A stretch of 64,000 nt of DNA from Candidatus Nomurabacteria bacterium RIFCSPHIGHO2_01_FULL_37_25. GTDB taxonomy: Bacteria > Patescibacteriota > Minisyncoccia > Phycocordibacterales > UBA9973. This document shows, piece by piece, positions 1-9,645 of this stretch. Within the stretch, counting starts at the first letter, position 1. Each line of letters begins with the position of its first letter. The position numbers were made by a program, and so were the translations under genes. A model generated the notes under the pieces. It had not been told where the DNA came from. It saw only the letters and a program-made list of their open reading frames with translations, and ran no database searches. The DNA is taken from assembly GCA_001786765.1 (NCBI GenBank), contig MFTH01000010.1, forward strand, positions 34,105 to 98,104. The letters are read 5' to 3'.

Positions 1-188
1 ATGAAACACAATCTATTGATCAATTCTCTTATGGAGTTTCAGATCGAGGAGCATCTATCAGAATTCCAATTGCGTCAGTTCAAAATGGGTGGAAAGGTTG
101 GCTGGAAGACCGAAGACCGAATTCTGCCGCTGACCCTTATAAAGTTGCCGCTAGGATAATTAAAACAGTAAAAACTGTAAAACTATAA
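1..188 (+). CDS. Glutamine synthetase, C-terminal fragment (type II-like); 5' partial at window edge
   Basis: Frame 3 translates to ...FSYGVSDRGASIRIP...GWKGWLEDRRPNSAADPY..., ending at TAA 186-188; this matches the conserved C-terminal motifs of GSII-type glutamine synthetases. Confidence 0.5.
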   Translation, partial: ETQSIDQFSYGVSDRGASIRIPIASVQNGWKGWLEDRRPNSAADPYKVAARIIKTVKTVKL

Positions 189-332
189 ATTTGCAAAAAA
201 ATTATCTTTTGTGTAATCCCATTAGATACTCTAATAAAAAATTTATATAATATTTTCCCCTATATTTTACTTTTATTTATATCTCTGATACATTCTTTGA
301 TGAGTATCTAACGGGACAGATACTTAATTTTT

Positions 333-2618
333 ATGAAATTACTTATCGTTGAATCACCATCAAAAGCAAAAACAATTGAAAAATATTTAGAAAATATTTC
401 TACCTCAAGAGCGGACAGATTTACTGTGCGCGCATCTGTGGGACATATTCGCGATCTGCCAAAATCAAATAAAACAGCGATAGATATAGAAGCCGGTTTC
501 GTTCCACATTACGAAATTTCTAAGGGTAAAGAAAAAATTATCCACGAATTGCAAGAGTTAGCCGAAAAATCAAAAGAGATAATACTCGCGACTGATCCTG
601 ACCGTGAAGGAGAAGCTATCGCTTGGCATATAGAGACACTTTTGAAAAAAGATAAAAAAATAAATGCGCCAATACAAAGAGTGGCTTTTTATGAAATAAC
701 TAAAGAAGCGATAGAAGAAGCGCTCAAACACCCGCGCAAGATTGATACTAATTTACGCAAAGCTCAAGAAGCGCGTCGAGTATTGGACCGGCTCGTGGGA
801 TATGATCTCTCTGGTCTCATTTGGAAAAAAGTGCGATACGGACTTTCGGCCGGTCGTGTTCAATCTCCCGCATTGCGTATAATAATGGAACGCGAGCGTG
901 AAATTCGCGCATTTATTCCGGAGAAATTTTGGAGAATTCTCGGACTTTTTGAAACCGAAAAAGGCGAAAAGATTACTTTAGAATGCAGTGAAGAACCTCG
1001 CGATCAAAAATTAGTTGAAAAAATATTAGAGATAGGAAAAAAAGAAAGTTGGATAATAAAAGATGTGAAAGAGTCAGAACAAAAACGCTCCCCTCGCGCG
1101 CCTTTTACTACTTCTACATTACAACAAACGGCAAGTTCACGCTTAGGCTACTCTCCTTCACGCACTATGCAAATAGCCCAAAAACTCTACGAAGCTGGAC
1201 ACATAACATATATGCGAACTGACAGCACGAATCTGTCTCTGGTCGCTCAAACACAAATAATTGCATTCATTAAAAATAAATATGGTGAAGAATACGCAGA
1301 GTCAAGAATTTACAAAACTAAATCTAAAAACGCCCAAGAAGCCCACGAAGCAATACGTCCTACACATATAGAAAACCTTACCGCTCTCAGTGAAGACCAA
1401 GACAGATTATACAGATTGATCTGGGAGCGCGCTGTGTCTTCGCAAATGACTGATGCAAAATTATTAAAAACCAAAATTTTGGCAAATGTTAAAGTCGCGG
1501 AAGCTTCCGCAATTCCAGATTTTTATGCTAATGGTTCTCGTTTGCTTTTCCCCGGCTGGCTTGCGGTAGACAAGGATGCGCGGGGCGATGATGTAGAATT
1601 GCCTAAATGCAGTGTTGGAGAAAAATTAAAATTGTTAAACCTTATAAATGAAGAAAAATTTACTGAACCATTAGGCAGATACAGTGAAGCAGGATTAATT
1701 AAAGAACTCGAGGCTAGAGGCATAGGCAGACCGTCCACTTATGCGTCTATTATGAAAACAATTGAAGAGCGAGGTTATGTTAATAAAGAAGGAAAAACAT
1801 TGTTTCCCACAGATGTCGGTGAAGTTGTGTCGGATTTCTTGGAGAAACACTTTATGAATTATATCTCTGACAGCTTTACGGCTGAAATGGAGGATAAACT
1901 CGACGAAATATCAGAAGGTCAGCGTGAATACGAAAAAACGCTCAAAGATTTTTACGGACCATTTCTTAAAGACATAAAATTAAAAGAAAAACTAGAGAAA
2001 GCTACAAATCTAGGTGAGGCGCCAGAGAATATAAAATGTCCAAAGTGTGGAGAGAAAATGATTATAAAACTTTCTCGCGGAGGTAAATTTTATTCTTGTT
2101 CAAAATATCCAGACTGTGATGGAGCTCTGATGCTAGATGGCACAGAATTACAAGGTTCCAAAGAAACTGGAGAATTATGTCCTAAATGCGGTGTTGATGA
2201 AAAAGATTTGCCCCGCGAAGCTTCAGCGAAATGGGGCGGAAAACTCGTTATCAAAGAACGACGCGACGGCACTGGCACTTTTATCTCTTGTTCTCGCTAT
2301 CCAAAATGTAAATTTATAAAAAGCGATGAAGCTGACGAAATGAAAAAAAGGACGGGTGTGATGTGTCCTATCTGCAAAACTGACCTGCCTGCCGGTAGGC
2401 AGGGAGATATGAGTGAACGCCGTGGGAGATTTGGTATTTTTTATTCTTGTTCAAATTATCCTGAATGTAAATTCGCAATCAAAGCCAAACCGACAGGCGC
2501 AATATGCAAAGAGTGCGGAAGCCTGATGATGCAAGGCACAAAAACTATTCCCGAACGTTGTTCAAACAAGGCTTGCAAAATGCACAACCCTCATAAAATA
2601 ACAAAAATTGAAAAATAG
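333..2618 (+). CDS. topA: DNA topoisomerase I with four C-terminal C4 zinc-ribbon repeats
   Basis: Toprim N-terminus (LLIVESPSKAKTIEKYL), active-site region, repeated CPxC...SCSxYPxC ribbons; ends with TAG. Confidence 0.95.
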   Translation: MKLLIVESPSKAKTIEKYLENISTSRADRFTVRASVGHIRDLPKSNKTAIDIEAGFVPHYEISKGKEKIIHELQELAEKSKEIILATDPDREGEAIAWHIETLLKKDKKINAPIQRVAFYEITKEAIEEALKHPRKIDTNLRKAQEARRVLDRLVGYDLSGLIWKKVRYGLSAGRVQSPALRIIMEREREIRAFIPEKFWRILGLFETEKGEKITLECSEEPRDQKLVEKILEIGKKESWIIKDVKESEQKRSPRAPFTTSTLQQTASSRLGYSPSRTMQIAQKLYEAGHITYMRTDSTNLSLVAQTQIIAFIKNKYGEEYAESRIYKTKSKNAQEAHEAIRPTHIENLTALSEDQDRLYRLIWERAVSSQMTDAKLLKTKILANVKVAEASAIPDFYANGSRLLFPGWLAVDKDARGDDVELPKCSVGEKLKLLNLINEEKFTEPLGRYSEAGLIKELEARGIGRPSTYASIMKTIEERGYVNKEGKTLFPTDVGEVVSDFLEKHFMNYISDSFTAEMEDKLDEISEGQREYEKTLKDFYGPFLKDIKLKEKLEKATNLGEAPENIKCPKCGEKMIIKLSRGGKFYSCSKYPDCDGALMLDGTELQGSKETGELCPKCGVDEKDLPREASAKWGGKLVIKERRDGTGTFISCSRYPKCKFIKSDEADEMKKRTGVMCPICKTDLPAGRQGDMSERRGRFGIFYSCSNYPECKFAIKAKPTGAICKECGSLMMQGTKTIPERCSNKACKMHNPHKITKIEK

Positions 2619-2650
2619 ACAGTGTATAAATTTAGATATATAATTCTCTT

Positions 2651-4126
2651 ATGAAAAATGCATATGACGTCGGAGAAATACTAAAATTGATGGGAAAAAT
2701 AAATAAGAAAGAAGAAGAACTTATAATAAAAGCTTATAGGTTTGCGCAGCGCGCGCATGAAGGTCAAAAAAGATTAAGCGGAGAACCTCATTTCACTCAC
2801 CCTTTTGAAACAGCCAAAACTTTAGCTTCACTGGGTATGGACGCGGAAACAATCTCGGCCGGATTAATGCATGATGTTCTGGAAGATACTAAGACAGGAG
2901 AAGAAGAAATGAGAAAAGAATTTGGAGAAAATATAGTTTTTCTAGTAAATGGCGTGACAAAACTTGGAACTTTGAAATATAGAGGACACGAAAGACATGT
3001 GGAAAGTTTGAGGAAATTCTTTGTGGCGATGGCAAATGATCTACGCACAGTTATCATAAAGTTTGCCGACAGACTGCATAATTTAAAAACTTTGGAATTT
3101 TTAAGAGAAGATAAAAGACGTAGGATTGCCATAGAATCAATCGAAGTGTATGCGCCACTGGCTAACCGTCTAGGTATGGGAAAATTTAAAGGCGAACTGG
3201 AAGACGCCGCTTTTCCGTTTGCTTTTCCAGAAGAATATAAACAAACCGAAGAAATAATAAAAGAAAAAAAAGATTTATATGAAAAAAACTTAGACGAAAT
3301 ACAGAAAAAGCTTCGAAAAGAATTGAATAAAAACAAAATCAAAGTGGTGGAAATAAATTATAGAATGAAACATAAGTACAGCTTATGGAAAAAACTCTTA
3401 AAGCGCGAAATGGATATAGAAAAAGTATATGACCTGATCGCTTTGCGGGTGGTAGTAGAAAGCATAGAAGAATGTTATAGAGTGTTAGGAATAATACATT
3501 CCCTTTGGAATCCATTACCCGGCAGGATAAAAGACTACATCGCGGTGCCAAAACACAATGGCTACCGCTCCATTCACACCACTATTTTCACCGGTTCGGG
3601 CGGAATCGCAGAAATTCAAATACGAACAAAAGAAATGCATGCCGAAGCGGCTTATGGTATCGCGGCTCATTTCGCCTACAAAGAACAAGGAAATAAAAAA
3701 GTGGAAAATGATAAATCAAAATTCAAATGGATAGAAGAATTAAAAAATTTGAATTACTCTCCGGATGAACCAAAAAAATTCATTGAGCATTTAAAGATGG
3801 ATTTTTTTAATGATCGCATTTTCGTTTTTACACCCAAGGGGGATGTAATAGATATGCCAGAGGATTCGTGTTCGCTTGATTTTGCTTATTTGATACATTC
3901 GGATATCGGAGAACATACCTTTGGCGCAAAAGTCAACGGCAAAATGGTTCAGCTTTTTACAAAATTAAAAAACGGAGACATTGTGGAAATAATAACTAAA
4001 AAAGATTCCAGACCGTCCAGAAAGTGGTTAGAATTCGTAAAAACTTCTGTCGCTAAAAAACATATAAGATCATATCTGGAAAAAAACACCTTACTTGCTA
4101 GGCTTAAATCTTTCGGTCGTTCTTAA
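2651..4126 (+). CDS. rel: Small bifunctional (p)ppGpp synthetase/hydrolase (RelA/SpoT homolog; HD + synthetase + TGS, no ACT domain)
   Basis: HD motif HDVLEDT, synthetase motifs (YRSIHTTI), TGS-like C-terminus. Confidence 0.88.
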   Translation: MKNAYDVGEILKLMGKINKKEEELIIKAYRFAQRAHEGQKRLSGEPHFTHPFETAKTLASLGMDAETISAGLMHDVLEDTKTGEEEMRKEFGENIVFLVNGVTKLGTLKYRGHERHVESLRKFFVAMANDLRTVIIKFADRLHNLKTLEFLREDKRRRIAIESIEVYAPLANRLGMGKFKGELEDAAFPFAFPEEYKQTEEIIKEKKDLYEKNLDEIQKKLRKELNKNKIKVVEINYRMKHKYSLWKKLLKREMDIEKVYDLIALRVVVESIEECYRVLGIIHSLWNPLPGRIKDYIAVPKHNGYRSIHTTIFTGSGGIAEIQIRTKEMHAEAAYGIAAHFAYKEQGNKKVENDKSKFKWIEELKNLNYSPDEPKKFIEHLKMDFFNDRIFVFTPKGDVIDMPEDSCSLDFAYLIHSDIGEHTFGAKVNGKMVQLFTKLKNGDIVEIITKKDSRPSRKWLEFVKTSVAKKHIRSYLEKNTLLARLKSFGRS

Positions 4127-5142
4127 ACGCTAAAATTAGAAATATTATATAAATCACTATCATCCCCGCCTGCCAATTGGCGGGCAGGTTTTTTAATTTC
4201 TTCTTTTGATCTATCATCGATCGGCGTATCTTCAATTTCTATATCAGATTTGTTTTTATTGATGTAGTTTTGAAGCATTTCCGCTTGCGCCGGCAAGATG
4301 TTTGATTTATTTTCACTGTTTGATTTATTTATCAAACTCAAAATAGTCCGCAGGTCTTCTATGGAAAAATAATCTATCTTGATTTGTCCGCCTAATTCTT
4401 TTCTGTCAATATGCACGCGGGTGCCTAATTTTTCTTGAAATTCTTCTTCGAGTTCAGTTATTTCTGGATCTGGCATAAACTCTTTCTTGCGTACTCGGTC
4501 ATAAGCTATTTTCCTTGCTAGTCTTTCCGCTTCACGCACGGTAATTTTTTTATATACAATTTCTTTAAATAATACTAACTGCTCTTCTCCATGATCGGCT
4601 AACATTAGTAATGGTCGTGTATGACCTTCGGTAATTTTACCTTCAGACAAACCGGCTATTATTTCTTCGGGTAAAGTTAAAATACGCAAAGAGTTAGACA
4701 CATATTCCCTACTCCTGCCCATTTTTTTTGCAATCTCATTATGAGTAAATTTAAATTCATTAGCTAATCGAAAAAAAGCGCGAGCGCGATCAACAGCATT
4801 CAAATCTTCACGTTGCAAGTTTTCAATAATGGCGAGTTCAAGCTTCATAATAGCAGTGTCCCCAGCTCGGATTATAACTGGCACTTGCGAGACTCCAGCC
4901 AAAATAGCCGCGCGCAATCTGCGTTCACCTGCTATGAGCTCATATTCAGTAACTAGTCCACCTCCATCTTTTTCCACTTCCATGCGAGAAACTGTCAACG
5001 GCTGGAGCACTCCGTATTGTTTTATGGAATCAGATAAATCTTGCAGACGCATTTCATCAAAATCCCGTCTTGGTTGATATGGGTTGGGTTTTATTTTATC
5101 GGTGTCAATCCAGAAAATTGAATTTGAATATAAATTAGACAT
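4123..5142 (-). CDS. parB: ParB/Spo0J-like partition protein
   Basis: ParB box LIAGERRLRAA, HTH region, C-terminal extension. Confidence 0.82.
   Translation of the reverse strand: MSNLYSNSIFWIDTDKIKPNPYQPRRDFDEMRLQDLSDSIKQYGVLQPLTVSRMEVEKDGGGLVTEYELIAGERRLRAAILAGVSQVPVIIRAGDTAIMKLELAIIENLQREDLNAVDRARAFFRLANEFKFTHNEIAKKMGRSREYVSNSLRILTLPEEIIAGLSEGKITEGHTRPLLMLADHGEEQLVLFKEIVYKKITVREAERLARKIAYDRVRKKEFMPDPEITELEEEFQEKLGTRVHIDRKELGGQIKIDYFSIEDLRTILSLINKSNSENKSNILPAQAEMLQNYINKNKSDIEIEDTPIDDRSKEEIKKPARQLAGGDDSDLYNISNFSV
4164..4194. terminator. GC hairpin (CCGCCTGCC..GGCGGGCAGG) plus T-run between convergent rel and parB
   Basis: Stem-loop followed by TTTTTT; bidirectional position. Confidence 0.6.
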
Positions 5143-5215
5143 AAAGTCATTCTAACACATAAAGAATTTTTTAAAATTGATTTTTAAGTATTTTTGTGTA
5201 AAATGTGTGGATACT

Positions 5216-5302
5216 GCCCAGGTGGCGGAATTGGTAGACGCGATAGACTCAAAATCTATTGATGGCAACATCATGAGAGTTCGATTCTCTCCCTGGGCAC
5301 CA
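5216..5302 (+). tRNA. tRNA-Leu(CAA), long variable arm, CCA encoded
   Basis: Acceptor GCCCAGG/CCTGGGC, anticodon loop CTCAAAA, T-loop GTTCGATTC; preceded by TTGATT-17-TAAAAT promoter. Confidence 0.85.
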
Positions 5303-5437
5303 GAAAGGAAAAATTATGTTATACTAAATATAGTCACCAAAACCGCAAAAGAACCCGGAGAAAAACACTCGGCTCGCCTGCCCGCCTCTGGAGGGAACCA
5401 TATTTTGAATTTTGGGGGAAGAAAATTTTTTAATCAT

Positions 5438-6259
5438 ATGAATTCAAAAAAGATAATATTGATTATAGTTTCCTTAGTTCTTGTAGCTGGAGTTGGTTTT
5501 TATTTTTATGGCTTACCACCTATAAAATACTGGACTAAAAATCCGACCAACTTTGAAGAATGCAAAGAAGCTACACGAGGATTTATCATAAAAACATTAC
5601 CGGCCCAATGCGAGTTTCGAGGACAGAATTTTGTGGACCAATCGCAATAGACTCCACCAGTAACAACAAATAATCCTCCAGTAACCACGACAGAGAATCC
5701 TTCTCTATCAGCAGATAAAAAGAGTGTCGTTGCAGATGGTAAGGTTTTGTTAGCCATTGATAATGATACAATTTTTAATTGGTTCAAAACCGAAAGCCAG
5801 TTATGTGATGGATACAATCTAACCAGCAATCCTGATCGCAAGATGTTTTGTGAAAACAAAACATCTTTCAAGAACCAAACTAAATTTGCCTCAGTTGTTG
5901 TTTCTCCTGATAAAATGAAAATTGGTTTTACCATAGAAAGCGATACGTTGTCTCCTGATAAAGTTGTTGGCATTTTTTTACGCTCTACCAATAAAGTTAA
6001 TATTCTGACCAATTACTATCTCGGAAATGAATTTATTAGTTTTTCTCCGAGTGGTGCCAACTTTGTTTATCAAAGTGGCTGTTTTGAGGGAATATGCGGA
6101 CTGTTTGTCAAAAATTCCGAAACCTTTGCTATCAAAGCTAGTTTGAATAATCCCGAGTTTGCCGATTACAGAAGTCAGAATGCCATTTTTGTAAGATGGA
6201 TTTCAGACAATCAAGTTGAATATAAACTTGGGACAGAATTAAAACAAGAGTCGTTTTAA
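5438..6259 (+). pseudogene. Secreted membrane-anchored protein with PT-rich linker, interrupted by an in-frame TAG at 5648-5650 (N-terminal part 5438-5650, remainder 5651-6259 in the same frame)
   Basis: ATG 5438, TM anchor, in-frame amber stop, then TPPVTTNNPPVTTTENPS linker and a globular domain with no internal ATG before 5747. Confidence 0.4.
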
Positions 6260-6451
6260 TTCTGAATTTTAGTCGCCAAAGAAAAACTTGCCCGTCCGCC
6301 GAAGTTTTAACGAAGGCGGGAAATTGTCACTCGCCTCGCTAGCGCTATGGCGAAGCGGGTCGGTGCGGCTCCCCACCTGCGCCGAAATGCGTTCGGACTA
6401 ATTCAAGACTCTAAGTCGAAATTAATTATTAACTTTGCTATAATTAAACAT

Positions 6452-7051
6452 ATGAATCAAAAAGGATTTGTGAATATTGTTTTGATTGTGGTAATTGTAA
6501 CCGTTACCGCTATTGGTGGGTATTTTGCTTTTGTTAAAAAGTTGAGACCAATTGCTCAACAACCAACACAAACTCCTATTCAAACACCTACAGTATCTCC
6601 AACGTCTCCCCAGACCAAACCTGTCACTACCACAGTTCAAAATCCGGTAGTTAATAAATGGAAAACTTTCCAAAACAGCCGTTTTGCTTTTCAATTTGAA
6701 TATCCAACAGAATGGAGCGTGTTGGATAAGCTGGACGACCCATACGGTGTTAATTTTTGGTTGACGGAAAAGAATTCTGCTGCCGTAATCATGGATGTAG
6801 AAAGTGGGATAAATTTGTCGGTTATGGGGGTTTCTTATTGTGGCGCATACCCACAAGATAAAAGATGTGAATCTTTGAAAACTGAAAGCGATGGCTATGT
6901 AACCATTGACTGGAACGTAAGCGGAGGAGCCAACGCTATGTTTAGCTCGCAGAACGATACTTATGGGGTGAGTTTTACTTTGCATAAAATAAATTCTGAT
7001 ACAAAAGCTATTTTCAAAAAAGTTCTTTCGACTTTTAAATTCTTAAAATAA
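6452..7051 (+). CDS. Hypothetical secreted protein with prepilin-like N-terminus (QKGF...hydrophobic) and PT-rich linker
   Basis: MNQKGFVNIVLIVVIV... then QQPTQTPIQTPTVSPTSPQTKP linker; same architecture as the upstream gene; ORF-track start 6347 is probably too early. Confidence 0.5.
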   Translation: MNQKGFVNIVLIVVIVTVTAIGGYFAFVKKLRPIAQQPTQTPIQTPTVSPTSPQTKPVTTTVQNPVVNKWKTFQNSRFAFQFEYPTEWSVLDKLDDPYGVNFWLTEKNSAAVIMDVESGINLSVMGVSYCGAYPQDKRCESLKTESDGYVTIDWNVSGGANAMFSSQNDTYGVSFTLHKINSDTKAIFKKVLSTFKFLK

Positions 7052-7198
7052 TTTGCCGTCAAACCTGCCTGCCGGTAGGCAGGGAAAAACTTAAAATAAA
7101 GTAGCAAAAAAAAAACAGCAAATCCTGTAAAAAAGTTATCCCCACCAGTTGAATAATGATAAGTTGCATTATCTCGTATATGAGATATACTATTTGGT

Positions 7199-8716
7199 AT
7201 GCAAACACAAACAGAACAGCAAAAAATAGGCTATTTTATTAAAGAATTACGCGAACATCGCGGGATGACACAAAAGCAATTCGCCAAAATGTTAAACACT
7301 TCCCAAAGCTCAATTCCCCGAATGGAAAAAGGTGAGCAGAATTTCACGACAGAATTACTTTTAAAAATAAGCAATGTTTTAGACCACCAGATAGTTTCTA
7401 TAAATGATTCTATTGATTTCAAAGTTAATGGAGGAAAAAAATTAAATGGAACTATTAAAACAAATTTTTCAAAAAACGGTTCTGTCGGACTTTTGTGCGC
7501 TTCTCTTCTAAATAGTGGCAAAACGACACTCCATGGTATTGCCCGGATTGAAGAAGTTTATAGAGTAATTGAAATTCTAGAGAGTATCGGAGTGACAGTC
7601 AAATGGATTAATCAAAACACTTTGACAGTCATACCTCCAAAGAAATTTAATTTAGAAAATATTAATATTGACTCAGCAATAAAAACACGTTCAGTTGTTA
7701 TGCTAATAGGACCACTCATTCATAAGTTGTCTTCTTTTTCTCTTCCACATCCCCATGGTTGCAATCTAGGCAAACGCACAATTGCGGCGCATATATTTGC
7801 ATTAGAAAAACTTGGGGTAAAAATAAAAACTACCGCAAAAAATTATGAGATAACTAAAGGGAAACTCAAAAGAGGAGAAATAGTGATGTATGAATCCGGA
7901 GACACTGCTTGTGAAAACGTTTTGACAGCTTCTGCCCTTATTCCGGGTACTACAAAAATAAATTTCACCAGCGCAAACTACATGGTGCAAGAAGTATGTT
8001 TTTTTCTTGAGGTGTTAGGAGTAAAAATTGACGGAATTGGCGCCTCGAGTTTAACTGTTCATGGAATAGCTCATATAAATAAAGATGTTGAATATTGGAA
8101 CAGTGAAGACCCGATCGAATCCATGATGTTCATTTCCGCCGCAATCGGGACTGATTCACATATAACCATCACCCGCGCTCCTATAGATTTTTTGTCTCTA
8201 GAAATAGAAAAATTAAAGAGAATGAATTTGAAATATAAAATTTCAAAAATTTATCATTCTTATAATGGTCGTACTAAACTCGCTGATATAGAAATCTTTC
8301 CAAGTAAATTAAAAGCCTTAAATGACAAGCTTCATTCCAACCCTTACCCGGGAATAAATATAGACAACCTGCCATTTTTTGTGCCGATTGCCATAAAGGC
8401 CAAAGGTCAAACGATGATTCACGATTGGGTTTATGAAAATAGAGCAATATATCTGACAGAATTAAATCGTTTAGGCGCTGATATCACTCTGGCTGACCCT
8501 CATCGTCTATATATAAATGGCGGAACACCACTGAAAGGAGCTCAGGTCGTCTGTCCCCCAGCTTTGCGTCCATCAATGGTGATTCTTATTTCAATGCTAG
8601 GAGCTAGCGGAACTTCAATCCTGCGAAATGTTTATATGATAAATCGTGGTTATGAAGAAATTGCAGAGAGGCTGAATTCTATCGGCGCAGATATTAAAAT
8701 AATTAAAGGGAATTAA
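7199..8716 (+). CDS. murA: UDP-N-acetylglucosamine 1-carboxyvinyltransferase with N-terminal XRE-type HTH domain fused
   Basis: N-terminal HTH_3 (GMTQKQFAKMLNTSQSSIPRMEKG), then full MurA (active-site Cys in HPHGCNLGKR, C-terminal RGYEEIAERLNSIGADIKIIKG). Confidence 0.8.
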   Translation: MQTQTEQQKIGYFIKELREHRGMTQKQFAKMLNTSQSSIPRMEKGEQNFTTELLLKISNVLDHQIVSINDSIDFKVNGGKKLNGTIKTNFSKNGSVGLLCASLLNSGKTTLHGIARIEEVYRVIEILESIGVTVKWINQNTLTVIPPKKFNLENINIDSAIKTRSVVMLIGPLIHKLSSFSLPHPHGCNLGKRTIAAHIFALEKLGVKIKTTAKNYEITKGKLKRGEIVMYESGDTACENVLTASALIPGTTKINFTSANYMVQEVCFFLEVLGVKIDGIGASSLTVHGIAHINKDVEYWNSEDPIESMMFISAAIGTDSHITITRAPIDFLSLEIEKLKRMNLKYKISKIYHSYNGRTKLADIEIFPSKLKALNDKLHSNPYPGINIDNLPFFVPIAIKAKGQTMIHDWVYENRAIYLTELNRLGADITLADPHRLYINGGTPLKGAQVVCPPALRPSMVILISMLGASGTSILRNVYMINRGYEEIAERLNSIGADIKIIKGN

Positions 8717-9645
8717 TGCACCTTTTGAAAAATAACTTTTTGCGGGGTTTCGAGCCGGGCGGGGCGAGAATTATAGTTATCTTGGGCCAAACTGCCACAG
8801 GGAAAAGTGACTTGGCGGTAAAAATTGCCAAAAAAATAGGCGGAGAAATAATTTCAGCTGATTCAAGACAAGTTTATAAAGGACTCGATATTGGCACTGG
8901 TAAAATTACAGAAAAAGAAATGCAGACCATACCGCATTATCTGCTGGATGTTGCAAATCCCAAAAAACAATTTACTGTAGCGCAATATAAAATCCTGGCA
9001 GATAAAAAGATAAAAGAAGTAATTGATAGAGATAAAATACCGATACTTTGCGGTGGTACAGGATTTTATATTGATGCGGTAACAAAAGGTATGATTTTTC
9101 CAAAAGTTCCACCAAATAAAAAATTAAGAAAAGACTTGGAACAAAAAACAGCTGAGACTCTTTTTAATATCCTGAAAAAATTAGATAAAGATAGGGCAAA
9201 AAGTATAGATTCTAAAAACAAAGTCCGGTTGATAAGAGCAATTGAGATAGCTAAAGCTTTAGGTGAAGTCCCTAAAATTACGGAGGCAACGCCTCCGTAT
9301 AAATTTATAAAAATAGGGTTAAAAGTTCCAGAGAAAACTCTAAAAAGAAAAATAAGAATCAGACTACGCAAGCGCATACGAAGTGGTATGGCGATAGAGC
9401 TTTACAATCTTCGTAAAGCTGGAGTGCCGTGGAAAAGATTCATTGAATTAGGTTTCGATCAAAAGTATATTGCATTATTTTTGCAAGGGAAAATATCTAA
9501 TAAAGAAATGCTAGAAAAACTTTTTAAAAGTAATTGGCAATACGCAAAACGCCAGATGACTTGGTTCAAACGCGACAAAGAAATTAAATGGTTCTCCCCT
9601 GTTTCTTACAAAAAAATAAAAATCTATATAGAAAATAAACTTTAA
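8716..9645 (+). CDS. miaA: tRNA dimethylallyltransferase
   Basis: P-loop GQTATGKS, ADSRQVYKGLDIGTGK, HYLLDV motifs. Confidence 0.9.
   Translation: MHLLKNNFLRGFEPGGARIIVILGQTATGKSDLAVKIAKKIGGEIISADSRQVYKGLDIGTGKITEKEMQTIPHYLLDVANPKKQFTVAQYKILADKKIKEVIDRDKIPILCGGTGFYIDAVTKGMIFPKVPPNKKLRKDLEQKTAETLFNILKKLDKDRAKSIDSKNKVRLIRAIEIAKALGEVPKITEATPPYKFIKIGLKVPEKTLKRKIRIRLRKRIRSGMAIELYNLRKAGVPWKRFIELGFDQKYIALFLQGKISNKEMLEKLFKSNWQYAKRQMTWFKRDKEIKWFSPVSYKKIKIYIENKL

Noticed and set aside
1523-2319. Antisense or alternative-frame ORFs inside topA (1523-1738, 2090-2278, 2137-2319)
   Set aside because: They are fully embedded in a strongly conserved gene and have no motifs; they are artefacts of the six-frame scan.
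5177-5437. Upstream part of ORF 5177-5650
   Set aside because: It overlaps tRNA-Leu (5216-5302); the real start is ATG at 5438, after the tRNA.
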